Below, one piece after another: positions 10,384 to 19,775 of a stretch of 64,000 nt of DNA. The translations under genes were made by a program, and so were the position numbers. Under the pieces are notes generated by a model. It saw nothing but the letters and a program-made list of their open reading frames with translations. It was not told where the DNA came from and did no database searches. This stretch comes from Chitinophaga pinensis (lineage in GTDB: Bacteria > Bacteroidota > Bacteroidia > Chitinophagales > Chitinophagaceae): assembly GCA_945872085.1 (NCBI GenBank), contig CAMBYG010000001.1, forward strand, positions 34,297-98,296. The letters run 5' to 3'. Position 1 is the stretch's first letter. Every line of letters begins with the position of its first letter.

Positions 10384-11034
10384 ATGAGAGCATTCCTTTT
10401 ATTTATTAGTACACTTTGCATAAGCACCTTTTCGCTAAATGCACAACAAGGCGATCCTAAGGCTAAAGCAATATTAGCTAACGTTACAAAAAAAATAAAT
10501 ACCGTAAAAAGTATTAAAGCTGCTTTTTCCCTTAATCTTTCAAGTGCCAATAATAAGGTCAAAGAAACTAAAAAAGGGCAAATTCAATTGAAAGGCAATA
10601 AATACCGTGTTTCTATTGGCGGTCAAGAAATTATTTGTGACAACAAAACCGTATGGACCTACATAAAAGATGCTAATGAAGTTCAAATCAGTTCGTATAA
10701 CCCATCTGAGCAAACCATTTCTCCAGCAAAATTATTTACCAATTTTTACGACAAAGAATACAATTACAAATACCTAGGCGTGCGCATGTCTCAAAATAAA
10801 AAATGTGATGCTATAGAATTGATTCCAATTAGTAAAGGAAAGCAATTTGCTAAAATTGAAATACTAATCGACCAAGCAACTTCTTTAATTATTGGAGGCA
10901 ATGTTTTTGAGAAAAATGGAAATAAAATCCAGTATGACGTTACTTCATTTGTATCTAACGCTCCATTAGCCGATGCTATATTTTCATTTGATGCAAAAAA
11001 ATATCCAAATGTAGAAACGGTAGATTTAAGATAA
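10384..11034 (+). CDS. lolA: LolA-like outer-membrane lipoprotein carrier protein
   Basis: Signal peptide, 216 aa, LolA-like sequence pattern, and the classical ftsK-lolA synteny. Confidence 0.7.
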   Translation: MRAFLLFISTLCISTFSLNAQQGDPKAKAILANVTKKINTVKSIKAAFSLNLSSANNKVKETKKGQIQLKGNKYRVSIGGQEIICDNKTVWTYIKDANEVQISSYNPSEQTISPAKLFTNFYDKEYNYKYLGVRMSQNKKCDAIELIPISKGKQFAKIEILIDQATSLIIGGNVFEKNGNKIQYDVTSFVSNAPLADAIFSFDAKKYPNVETVDLR

Positions 11035-11049
11035 TTAAATTAATGAATT

Positions 11050-11084
11050 AAAAAAAAGAGAAGCTGTTGCTTCTCTTTTTTTTT
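11050..11084. terminator. Bidirectional terminator between lolA and fabD
   Basis: A-run, GAGAAGC tgtt GCTTCTC stem, T-run. Confidence 0.8.
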
Positions 11085-11961
11085 AATTAAAACCTTCTGT
11101 AGTAGCTTCTTTATGAATTTTCTTTACTAAACCTTGCAATACATTACCAGGTCCAACTTCTATAAACTTATCAGCACCATCTAAAACCATTTGTTGCACG
11201 ATTTGCGTCCATCTTACCGGCGCTGTTAATTGCTCAATTAGATTTTGTTTAATTATTGCAGGATCTGTTTGAGGCATTGCATTTACATTTTGATAAACAG
11301 GGCAAATTGGCGTATGGAATTGAGTAGCTTCAATAGCTGCAGCTAATTCTTCGCGAGCCGGTTGCATTAACGGGGAATGAAAAGCACCGCCCACCTGCAA
11401 CACTAAAGCCCTTTTAGCTCCTGCAGCCTTCATAGCTTCACATGCTTTTTCGATTCCTTGAAGCGAACCACTAATTACTAATTGACCAGGACAATTATAA
11501 TTTGCAGCAACAACTATTTCATCATTAATGGATGCACAAACTTCTTCTACTTTAGCATCCTCTAATCCTAAAATAGCAGCCATGGTAGACGCTTGCAACT
11601 CACAAGCTTTTTGCATAGCTGCAGCGCGCATTGCAACTAATCGTAGCGCATCTTCAAATTGTAATGTTTTATTGGCAACCAAGGCAGAAAATTCACCCAA
11701 AGAGTGACCTGCAACCATTGCAGGATGTGCATTTTCTAAGGATAAATAACGGATAACAGAATGCAAAAAAACAGCAGGCTGTGTAACATTGGTTTGTTTT
11801 AATTGTTCATCGGTACCATCAAACATAATATCGGTAATTCGGAAACCCAAAATTTCATTGGCTGTTTCAAAATACTTTTTTGCTCGATCGTTGCTTGCAT
11901 AAAGCTCTTTGCCCATGCCTACAAATTGTGCTCCTTGACCAGGAAATATAAATGCGTTCAT
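11083..11961 (-). CDS. fabD: Malonyl-CoA:ACP transacylase
   Basis: FPGQGAQ N-terminus and the GHSLGEFSA active-site serine motif; 292 aa. Confidence 0.95.
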   Translation of the reverse strand: MNAFIFPGQGAQFVGMGKELYASNDRAKKYFETANEILGFRITDIMFDGTDEQLKQTNVTQPAVFLHSVIRYLSLENAHPAMVAGHSLGEFSALVANKTLQFEDALRLVAMRAAAMQKACELQASTMAAILGLEDAKVEEVCASINDEIVVAANYNCPGQLVISGSLQGIEKACEAMKAAGAKRALVLQVGGAFHSPLMQPAREELAAAIEATQFHTPICPVYQNVNAMPQTDPAIIKQNLIEQLTAPVRWTQIVQQMVLDGADKFIEVGPGNVLQGLVKKIHKEATTEGFN

Positions 11962-12051
11962 CTTATTTTTTTTACAAACTTAATAAAAAAATGGAATACC
12001 CCATTGTATTAAAAAGGAGTTGCATACACAAAAAAATGGTACTTTTATGCT

Positions 12052-12381
12052 ATGAACTGGATAGCCTTAACAAGCATAGAACAATTACATGCTATTAAAA
12101 ATGAAAATACAGGAAAGACATCCGCTATATTTAAACATAGTACACGTTGCAGCATTAGCACAATGGCTTTAAATAGATTAGAAAGAAGCACTGCTCCAGA
12201 AGCTGTAGATTTTTATTATCTCGATTTACTACAATATCGATCTGTATCTAATGAAATAGCAACTATTTTCCAAGAAGAGCATGCTTCACCTCAGCTTTTA
12301 CTAATTAAAAATGGAAACTGTTTTTATAACGAAACGCATGGAAGTATTTCGATGGAAGAAATAATAGAAGTAACGAGTTAA
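12052..12381 (+). CDS. ytxJ: Bacillithiol-system thioredoxin-like protein YtxJ
   Basis: 109 aa with a single-Cys HSTRCSIS motif characteristic of YtxJ/monothiol bacilliredoxin-like proteins. Confidence 0.75.
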   Translation: MNWIALTSIEQLHAIKNENTGKTSAIFKHSTRCSISTMALNRLERSTAPEAVDFYYLDLLQYRSVSNEIATIFQEEHASPQLLLIKNGNCFYNETHGSISMEEIIEVTS

Positions 12382-13709
12382 ACCCTTTTACCCTTCCATT
12401 TACCAGAATGCAAATACCAAATACTGAGTACTAATAGCGAACTCCAATATACAAACTCAGACATCCAAGCCCATTGCAAACTTGCCTTATGTTGCTCTAT
12501 CACTATAAAGCAATAAATAAGGTACACGCCTACACAAGAAATTTCCATCACAAGATTAATAATGGTATTTCCTGTACCTACAACACCATTAAAAACTACT
12601 GTAGCAAGAGACATAATACCCATAGCCAAAACTATTACTTGCAAACTTGGTAAGGCCATTTTTATAATGGCAATATCTTGCGTATATAATGTCAAAAAAG
12701 AATTGGCAAATAACAATAATAAACTACATATTAGCAAGGTGAATCCTAAACTAATAATAGCAATACGTTTTATGATTTGCAAAACAAGATGCGATTGGTC
12801 AGCCCCAATTGCTTTACTAACTAGCGTATTGGTGGTAGAAGCAAAAGCCCAAGTAGCTACCCCCACCACTCCAAATATGCTTCTTAATATCTGAGAGCTG
12901 GCTAATTCTAATTTCCCTAAATGCTCCACAAATATGAAAAAGATCTGCCATCCACCTATACTAAATAGAAATTGTACAATTAACGGAGCCGATACTTTTA
13001 AAGATTGCAACATCGTATCGATTTTTATAGCGCCTGTATTTTTCAATGTATAGTTTTTTGTATCTGAAGAAAATACAAATTGACTGATCATAATGGCAGC
13101 ATAAACTACTTCTGCAAACACAGATGCATAGGCTGCCCCTTGTATGCCCAATATAGGCATGCCTGCATGGCCAAAAATCAATAGATAATCTAACAAAATA
13201 TTCGTAAGCGTGCTCAATAGGGAGCCCCATATAAGACTCGTAGTTTTATTTATAGAAATGAAAAGCGTATTAAACAAATGCGTTAACATCAAAAATGGCA
13301 AGCCCCAAATTCTGATGCTAAAAAATGATTGGTTTAAATATCTATTAGTTGCATCGTGTAAAACTTGATCGTATAAATAAGGCACTAAAAAACTTGCAAT
13401 CAACATAAGGATAAAAGAAAAAGAAAGCACCAATACTATACTGTGCTTTAATAACGAAACCAAACCGGCATGATCTCCTTCTCCAATTCTTCTCGACATT
13501 TGCACTTGAATACCGCTGGTGAGTCCATAACCCAACATGCTTAACAATAAATAAAATACACCGCTCAATGCATTTACACCCAATTCGCTAGCACCCAAAC
13601 GACCTAAAAAAGCTGTATTCGTAAGGAAGCTCAATTGAGGAATGAGTATAGCTACAGACATTGGGGCAGCTATTTTAATTATTTGTTTAAAGGAATATTG
13701 ATTATCCAC
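12378..13709 (-). CDS. MATE-family efflux transporter
   Basis: 443 aa with ~12 hydrophobic segments and a MATE-like N-terminus (IIKIAAPMSVAILIPQL). Confidence 0.85.
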   Translation of the reverse strand: MDNQYSFKQIIKIAAPMSVAILIPQLSFLTNTAFLGRLGASELGVNALSGVFYLLLSMLGYGLTSGIQVQMSRRIGEGDHAGLVSLLKHSIVLVLSFSFILMLIASFLVPYLYDQVLHDATNRYLNQSFFSIRIWGLPFLMLTHLFNTLFISINKTTSLIWGSLLSTLTNILLDYLLIFGHAGMPILGIQGAAYASVFAEVVYAAIMISQFVFSSDTKNYTLKNTGAIKIDTMLQSLKVSAPLIVQFLFSIGGWQIFFIFVEHLGKLELASSQILRSIFGVVGVATWAFASTTNTLVSKAIGADQSHLVLQIIKRIAIISLGFTLLICSLLLLFANSFLTLYTQDIAIIKMALPSLQVIVLAMGIMSLATVVFNGVVGTGNTIINLVMEISCVGVYLIYCFIVIEQHKASLQWAWMSEFVYWSSLLVLSIWYLHSGKWKGKRV

Positions 13710-13825
13710 AAGTACTTAATTTTCGATACCAAATATACTTTATTAATAAGGGATTCTATAATTTCATTTGAATTAATAGGAAAGTAGTACTTCTCTACTT
13801 AATTTTACAAAACAAAAATAAACCA

Positions 13826-14596
13826 ATGGCTAATTTGAATACGCATACGCTTTATATAAACGACCAACTATCCAACGCTACAACTGAAAAAATAGTTTTG
13901 GTTATTTATCCTAATGGCATCACTAAAGCGAGTTTTGCTAAAAACAATAAGGCAATTGAAATTTTAACTATAACTACCGACAATACGACACAATATATGG
14001 AGGAGATGTTATTTAATGAGATAATAAATAACTACCTTTTAGACACTAAAGAGCTGGTCACTCATATATACATTGCGCCAGAACAAGGGATGTTGGTACC
14101 CGCTGCATTGCATGAGCCAACTAGGGCAGAACAGTGGTATCGTGCAATTCATTTTGCACCCAACAATCATCTTATACATCAATGCCCTTTCGATAACGGA
14201 ACTGCAATGTATATCATGCATTACCCTAAATACCTTTTACAAACCATCGATACGCATTTTGAAAATGCGCGTATAAAACCACTTGCAAGTTGTTTTAGTG
14301 CTACTCAAAAAAATCAAAATACCTTAATAACAGTACATTTACATAATGCTTATTGCATGCTCACGCATTTTGAGCATGGGCATCTTCATTCCCATCAAAT
14401 ATTGCACAATAGCACACTTGAAGAAATTACCCAGCAGTTAAATATCATGTTGGCTAATAGCAATACCTATCTGCTTGAAGTTTCAACTAATGATACCAAT
14501 GCGAATGCAAAAGAATTGATTGGCTCTTATTTTGGAGAGCACATGACATGGATCTCAGAAAATGAATTTTATCAACACTTAGCAGCATGCGAATAA
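13826..14596 (+). CDS. Hypothetical protein, probably DUF3822 family
   Basis: 256 aa with no signal peptide. Sits immediately upstream of rsmD and overlaps it, as is typical for DUF3822 in Bacteroidota. The family call is from memory, not from a search. Confidence 0.5.
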   Translation: MANLNTHTLYINDQLSNATTEKIVLVIYPNGITKASFAKNNKAIEILTITTDNTTQYMEEMLFNEIINNYLLDTKELVTHIYIAPEQGMLVPAALHEPTRAEQWYRAIHFAPNNHLIHQCPFDNGTAMYIMHYPKYLLQTIDTHFENARIKPLASCFSATQKNQNTLITVHLHNAYCMLTHFEHGHLHSHQILHNSTLEEITQQLNIMLANSNTYLLEVSTNDTNANAKELIGSYFGEHMTWISENEFYQHLAACE

Positions 14597-15123
14597 TTAG
14601 TGGGCAATTAGGGGGCAGAAGAATACACCCTCCGAAAAACATGCAAGCAAGGCCTACAACCGACTTAGCCAAAGAGGGCCTTTTTAACACCCTGCAGTCT
14701 ATGCTTGATTTTGAAGACTGTACGTGCTTAGAATTATTTGCAGGTACTGGAAGTATTAGTTTCGAATTAATTTCTAGAGGAGCGCAACATGCCACACTTA
14801 TCGAAAAAGAGCCTTTACTTGTTGCGTTTATAAAAAAAACAGCTCAAGAGTTTAAAATAGAAGATCAATTACAAATACTACCGGCCAATGTCTTACAATG
14901 GATATCCAGCGGCAGTGCAAGCTACGATTTGATATTCGTTGATCCTCCATACGCCATTCCAGAGATGAAGCAATTGCCAGATATGATATTGAGTTCAAAT
15001 TTACTTGATAAAGAAGGGCTATTAATTTTAGAACATACGCTTAATGTAAATTTCGAAAATCATCCTAACTTTACGAAACAAAAGAAATACGGTACAACTT
15101 TCTTTTCATTTTTTAAACACTAA
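14587..15123 (+). CDS. rsmD: 16S rRNA (guanine966-N2)-methyltransferase RsmD
   Basis: SAM motif LELFAGTGS and FVDPPYA (the DPPY motif). Confidence 0.9.
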   Translation: MRIISGQLGGRRIHPPKNMQARPTTDLAKEGLFNTLQSMLDFEDCTCLELFAGTGSISFELISRGAQHATLIEKEPLLVAFIKKTAQEFKIEDQLQILPANVLQWISSGSASYDLIFVDPPYAIPEMKQLPDMILSSNLLDKEGLLILEHTLNVNFENHPNFTKQKKYGTTFFSFFKH

Positions 15124-15125
15124 CT

Positions 15126-15605
15126 ATGGCTCAACGCATTTGTCTTTTCCCTGGCACTTTCGATCCCATCACAAAAGGACATACAGATATTATTGATAGC
15201 GCTTTAGGCCTTTTCGATTCTTTGATAATAGGCATTGGTATAAATTCCTCAAAGCAGCCCATGTTCTCTATAGAACAACGTATTGAATGGATTGAGCGCA
15301 TTTACAAAAACGAACCTAAAATAAAAGTGATCGCCTACGAAGGATTGACCATTGATTGTTGCAAAAACAATAATGCTCAATTTATACTTAGAGGCATTCG
15401 CTATATCAATGACTTTGAATATGAAAAAGCGATTGCAGATATGAATCGCATGTTGGCTCCTGAAGTAGAAACCGTATTTTTAACTTGCACGCCACTTTAC
15501 TCTACCATTTCATCTACTTTAGTAAGAGACGTTATTAGAAATAATGGAAATGTGCATCAGTTTATTCCTGATGCTATTGTACAGGACTTTAAAACAATCT
15601 CTTAA
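15126..15605 (+). CDS. coaD: Phosphopantetheine adenylyltransferase
   Basis: FPGTFDPITKGHTDII nucleotidyltransferase motif; 159 aa. Confidence 0.95.
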   Translation: MAQRICLFPGTFDPITKGHTDIIDSALGLFDSLIIGIGINSSKQPMFSIEQRIEWIERIYKNEPKIKVIAYEGLTIDCCKNNNAQFILRGIRYINDFEYEKAIADMNRMLAPEVETVFLTCTPLYSTISSTLVRDVIRNNGNVHQFIPDAIVQDFKTIS

Positions 15606-15754
15606 AAATTATTTCGAAACTTAGCAAGCCATTTCGACCATGCATTTTGCACGGCCAACCAATCTTTTGAGCGCGATTGCTTATCACTGGCCAACCAATA
15701 GCCTAGTAGCGCACCAAGTAATATACCAAACAGTGTCTTATTTCTTTGAATCAT
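15602..15754 (-). CDS. Small membrane peptide, YtxH-like (50 aa); not in the ORF track
   Basis: Hand translation of the minus strand gives MIQRNKTLFGILLGALLGYWLASDKQSRSKDWLAVQNAWSKWLAKFRNNF*. This is a Gly/Leu-rich helix followed by an amphipathic tail. It lies 14 nt downstream of nadD on the same strand, and its stop overlaps the coaD stop. Confidence 0.45.
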   Translation of the reverse strand: MIQRNKTLFGILLGALLGYWLASDKQSRSKDWLAVQNAWSKWLAKFRNNF

Positions 15755-15768
15755 AAGTGTGGTTGTTT

Positions 15769-16338
15769 CTATTTATAATAGCGGTTTTCTAAAATATAAT
15801 GCATTACCGTATCGGGCATTAAATAGCGTATAGATTTATTTTCTTTTACTAAAGACCTGATGAGGGAAGAGGAAATTTCTATAAGCGGCGCATTGACAAC
15901 ATTTATTTTTGCACCTACTTTATTGTCAATTTCATAACCCGGTCTTTTATAAATGATAATTTCATAATTAGCAATTAAAATCTCTGCATTTTTCCAACGT
16001 TCCAAATTCTGAAAACTATCGCTACCCATAATAATGGAAAACTTTTCTAAAGGAAATTTGTCATGCAAATAAGCCATGGTATCTATGGTATATGAAGGCT
16101 TGGGTAAAGAAAATTCGATATTACTAGCACGCATATTGTTATTGCCTTCAATAGCTAATTGCACCAAGTGCAATCTATCAAACTCGTTAAGTAAGGTATG
16201 CGCAGGCTTTAAAGGATTCTGAGGAGATACCACAAACCAAATTTTATCCACCTCTGTATGTTCTAAAATATGATTTGCAATGATTAGATGCCCAGTATGA
16301 ATGGGGTTAAAACTGCCAAAATATAAACCAATATGCAT
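15769..16338 (-). CDS. nadD: Nicotinate-nucleotide adenylyltransferase
   Basis: GSFNPIHTGHL and ISSSLIR motifs. Confidence 0.92.
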   Translation of the reverse strand: MHIGLYFGSFNPIHTGHLIIANHILEHTEVDKIWFVVSPQNPLKPAHTLLNEFDRLHLVQLAIEGNNNMRASNIEFSLPKPSYTIDTMAYLHDKFPLEKFSIIMGSDSFQNLERWKNAEILIANYEIIIYKRPGYEIDNKVGAKINVVNAPLIEISSSLIRSLVKENKSIRYLMPDTVMHYILENRYYK

Positions 16339-16348
16339 AAATAATAAT

Positions 16349-16594
16349 TTAAATAACGGACACCCAGATTTTCTCAGCGTCCTTTTTTCTAATACTCAAA
16401 TGATAGCCCGCTATTTGAATAGCAATAGGATCGCCTAAGGGAGCAACCATTTCAAGCCAAACTGGCTCTCCTGGCACGCAACCCATTTCTAACAAGGTTA
16501 AATGAAATTCGCTTTCATCATGTTTTGTTATCTTTGCTTTAGAACCCAAGGGTAATTCTGTTAAACGAATCTCTTCTAGGCTTGTTTCTTTCAT
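16349..16594 (-). CDS. feoA: FeoA-domain protein (stand-alone)
   Basis: 81 aa, SH3-like FeoA pattern (L.ELPLGSKAKI....LLEMGCVPGEPV......PLGDPI...). Confidence 0.8.
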   Translation of the reverse strand: MKETSLEEIRLTELPLGSKAKITKHDESEFHLTLLEMGCVPGEPVWLEMVAPLGDPIAIQIAGYHLSIRKKDAEKIWVSVI

Positions 16595-16662
16595 ACATGC
16601 AAAAATACATGTTGAGAAGTTGCTTACCTAAATTATTTATAAACTTTGTATAAATCTTCATA

Positions 16663-17094
16663 ATGGCTATCCATTTTCACCAAGCTGACCAAAGCACGGT
16701 ATTAAAAAATAAAATACGACTAAAGCAATTTTTGGCTAGTATAGTTCAGGATTTTAGAAAAAACCATCGCATAGATACCATTAATTATATTTTTTGCTCT
16801 GACGAATATCTATTATCAATCAATCAAGAATATTTACAACACGACACTTATACCGATATTATTACATTCGACTTAAGCAATAACAAAACCGAAATTGTTA
16901 GTGATATTTACATTAGCATTGACCGCGTAAAAGAAAATGCTCAAAAATTTAATAGCAACATAGAGCACGAATTGCACAGAGTGCTCTTTCACGGCATTTT
17001 ACACTTGTGTGGACTCAAAGACAAATCAAAACAAGATGCGGCTTTAATGAGATCAAAAGAAGAATACTATTTAAATACCTATTTTAAGCAATAA
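16663..17094 (+). CDS. ybeY: rRNA maturation endoribonuclease YbeY
   Basis: HGILHLCGLKD zinc-binding motif. Confidence 0.92.
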   Translation: MAIHFHQADQSTVLKNKIRLKQFLASIVQDFRKNHRIDTINYIFCSDEYLLSINQEYLQHDTYTDIITFDLSNNKTEIVSDIYISIDRVKENAQKFNSNIEHELHRVLFHGILHLCGLKDKSKQDAALMRSKEEYYLNTYFKQ

Positions 17095-17096
17095 GC

Positions 17097-17819
17097 ATGA
17101 AAGGACTAGAAATTTGTTACGAAGACGCGGATTTAATAATTGTCAATAAACCATCTGGTTTATTAGTCATACCCGATAGATTTGATGAGCATGCGCCTAC
17201 TCTAAAAAAAGAAATAGAAGCCTATTTGGGCGCAAAAGTATTTACGGTTCATAGAATTGACAAGGATACTAGTGGTGTTATCTGCTTTGCTAAAGATGAA
17301 ACTACACACAAATACCTCTCCAAATTATTTGAAGAACATAATATTGGAAAATGGTATTTAGGCCTAGTGCATGGCAAACTAACACCCAATACAGGAAGCA
17401 TAGAAAATAATTTAGTGGAGCATCCTGCCAAGAATGGCAAAATGATCATAGCACATAAAGGCAAATTTTCGCATACCGACTATGAAGTAATTGAGGAATT
17501 CAAAAACTACTCCTTAGTTAGCTTTCAAATCCATACAGGACGCACCCACCAAATCAGGGTACATGTGCAATCTTTAGGGCACAGTTTAGTGGGCGACCCT
17601 TTATATGGCGATGGCGGTGCGCTTTATGTTTCACAATTAAAAAAGAAATTTAATTTAGCTAAATTAGAAGAGGAGGAAAAACCAATTTTAAGCAGATTGG
17701 CCTTGCATGCGCATAAACTCAGCTTTAAAAAGGCTGACGGCAGCGTTGTAGCTGTAGAAGCTCCGCTACCAAAAGATATGCGTGCTAGCCTTCAGCAATT
17801 AAGAAAATGGAGTAAATAA
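17097..17819 (+). CDS. RluA-family pseudouridine synthase
   Basis: HRIDKDTSGV catalytic Asp motif and GRTHQIRVH. Confidence 0.9.
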   Translation: MKGLEICYEDADLIIVNKPSGLLVIPDRFDEHAPTLKKEIEAYLGAKVFTVHRIDKDTSGVICFAKDETTHKYLSKLFEEHNIGKWYLGLVHGKLTPNTGSIENNLVEHPAKNGKMIIAHKGKFSHTDYEVIEEFKNYSLVSFQIHTGRTHQIRVHVQSLGHSLVGDPLYGDGGALYVSQLKKKFNLAKLEEEEKPILSRLALHAHKLSFKKADGSVVAVEAPLPKDMRASLQQLRKWSK

Positions 17820-17836
17820 ATATTGATAAAGAATCT

Positions 17837-17844
17837 TATTTTTG
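17837..17844 (+). promoter_or_regulatory. Bacteroidota -7 promoter box (TATTTTTG) for gldC
   Basis: Matches TAnnTTTG, 19 nt upstream of the ATG at 17863. It overlaps the TTG that the ORF track used as a start. Confidence 0.4.
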
Positions 17845-17862
17845 CAATCTAAATACATACTG

Positions 17863-18210
17863 ATGACAAAATCCACTATTAAGATAGACATTACCCTCGA
17901 CGAAGATAAAATGCCAGATATCATTGAATGGGAAGCACCAGACGGAGGGGTAAATGAATTGCAAGAAGCAAAAGCATTACTACTTGGCTTATGGGATGGC
18001 AAAGAAAAAAGTGCATTGCGAATAGATCTATGGACTAAAAAGATGATGGTTGACGAAATGATTGATTTCTACTTCCAAACGTTCTACGGTTTGGCAGAAA
18101 CTTTTGAAAGAGCTACAAAAAATCAAGAATTAGCTAAAGAATTAAAAGCATTTGCAAGTAGTTTTCAGAAAAAAGCTATGGATGCTTTAGATAAAGAACA
18201 AAACCAATAA
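17863..18210 (+). CDS. gldC: Gliding motility protein GldC
   Basis: IKIDITLDEDKMPDIIEWEAPDGG...LRIDLWTKKMMVDEM...TFERAT closely resembles Flavobacterium GldC. The ATG at 17863 is preferred over the TTG at 17842. Confidence 0.85.
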   Translation: MTKSTIKIDITLDEDKMPDIIEWEAPDGGVNELQEAKALLLGLWDGKEKSALRIDLWTKKMMVDEMIDFYFQTFYGLAETFERATKNQELAKELKAFASSFQKKAMDALDKEQNQ

Positions 18211-18220
18211 AAAATAGTGT

Positions 18221-18673
18221 ATGAGCTTAGAAGCTAAAATAATGGAGTCGTTGAAAACGGCTATGAAAGCCAAAGACGAAGTTGCCCTCCGCACCTTGCG
18301 TGCTATTAAAGCTGCTATCATCATTGAGAAAACAGCAGAAGGTGCTACTGGCGAAATAGATGAAGCAACAGAAATAAAGATGTTGCAAAAAATGGCTAAA
18401 CAACGCAAAGATTCTTTAGAAATTTTTGAGCAACAACTTAGAGAAGATTTAGCGAGTAAAGAACGAGAAGAATTGGCTATAATTGAACAGTTCTTGCCGG
18501 CGCAAATGAGCGAAGAGGAAATCAAGCAAGCGTTACAGCTGGTTATAGCACAAGTAGGTGCTAGTTCTATGGCCGACTTAGGTAAAGTGATGGGTATTGC
18601 TAGTAAAGAATTAGCCGGAAAAGCAGATGGCAAATTAATTGCATCCTTGGTAAAAGAATTACTTCAAAAATAA
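18221..18673 (+). CDS. GatB/YqeY domain protein
   Basis: 150 aa. LKTAMKAKDEVALRTLRAIKAAI and the C-terminal ...MGKVMG...GKADGK pattern. Confidence 0.85.
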   Translation: MSLEAKIMESLKTAMKAKDEVALRTLRAIKAAIIIEKTAEGATGEIDEATEIKMLQKMAKQRKDSLEIFEQQLREDLASKEREELAIIEQFLPAQMSEEEIKQALQLVIAQVGASSMADLGKVMGIASKELAGKADGKLIASLVKELLQK

Positions 18674-18676
18674 ACT

Positions 18677-19207
18677 ATGCTATTAGATTTTATCGCACTT
18701 GCATTTTTACTTTTTGGCTTATATAGAGGCTTCAAAAAAGGCATTATCATGGGTGCGTTTTCTATGTTGGCATTTTTGATGGGCATCATATTATCCTTAA
18801 AATTCACCCATTATTTTTCTACTTTTTTAATTGACCAGCATATTACGTCTAGCAAATGGGCTCCCTTCGCTAGTTTTATTTTAGTGTTTATCTTCTTTGT
18901 TTTGGCTATTCATTTAATTGGAAAATTTATTGAAAAAATAAGTTCGCTTTTACTACTTGGATGGGCCAATCATCTCATAGGTGCTATACTCTATGGCTTT
19001 ATCTCCTTGATCGTTCTTTCTAGTTTTTATTGGTTCATTAATAATTTACATATTATTGACCCTAAGCATTTTAGTAATTCTAAAAGCTACGCATTAATAG
19101 CACCCATAGCGCCATGGATTATGGAGCATATGGGAAAAATCATTCCTTGGATTAAACCAGTATTCACAGATTTACAATCGCTCATCACCGCTATACCTTC
19201 TAAATAA
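18677..19207 (+). CDS. CvpA-family membrane protein
   Basis: 176 aa, four hydrophobic segments, CvpA-like N-terminus (DFIALAFLLFGLYRGFKKG). Confidence 0.75.
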   Translation: MLLDFIALAFLLFGLYRGFKKGIIMGAFSMLAFLMGIILSLKFTHYFSTFLIDQHITSSKWAPFASFILVFIFFVLAIHLIGKFIEKISSLLLLGWANHLIGAILYGFISLIVLSSFYWFINNLHIIDPKHFSNSKSYALIAPIAPWIMEHMGKIIPWIKPVFTDLQSLITAIPSK

Positions 19208-19208
19208 T

Positions 19209-19775
19209 ATGTGGGTATTAATAGATAATTACGATTCCTTTTCTAATATTTTACATCATTACCTTCAGCAAATACACGAATGTGTACTATACAGAAATGA
19301 TGCCATTACAATAGCTGAATTAAAGCAATTACAGCCCTCAAGAATCATCTTATCTCCAGGTCCTAAAACGCCCCACGAAGCAGGTATTTGTTTAGATATT
19401 ATAGCGCATTTTCATACTACCACACCAATACTTGGCATTTGTTTAGGCCATCAAGCATTGGGTATATATTTTGGAGCGCAATTAGTACGCTCCTCATATC
19501 CACAACATGGTAAAATAAGCGGTGTTACGCATACACAGCATCCTCTATTTACAGCCATCGATAGGAGCTTTGATGTGATGCGGTATCATTCGTTAGAATT
19601 AAAAATTGAACCTAATAGCGCACTAAAAAGTATAGCTATAAGCAATTTCGACAATGCCGTAATGGCAATTGCCCATGATGATTTTCCTGTTATAGGGATT
19701 CAATTTCATCCAGAAAGCATAGGCACAGAGACTGGTATGCAAATACTGAAAAATTGGGCTGCAATTACCTTTTAG
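19209..19775 (+). CDS. Anthranilate/aminodeoxychorismate synthase component II (class I glutamine amidotransferase)
   Basis: LIDNYDSF, catalytic GICLGHQ, and FHPES. Confidence 0.9.
   Translation: MWVLIDNYDSFSNILHHYLQQIHECVLYRNDAITIAELKQLQPSRIILSPGPKTPHEAGICLDIIAHFHTTTPILGICLGHQALGIYFGAQLVRSSYPQHGKISGVTHTQHPLFTAIDRSFDVMRYHSLELKIEPNSALKSIAISNFDNAVMAIAHDDFPVIGIQFHPESIGTETGMQILKNWAAITF

Noticed and set aside
12562-13230. 110-aa plus-strand and 89-aa minus-strand out-of-frame ORFs within the MATE transporter gene.
   Set aside because: They overlap a 443-aa polytopic transporter ORF and have no independent support.
18187-18633. 148-aa minus-strand ORF antisense to the GatB/YqeY gene.
   Set aside because: It lies entirely inside a well-supported plus-strand gene. 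Its low-complexity Ser/Ala/Ile-rich translation is typical of a shadow frame.
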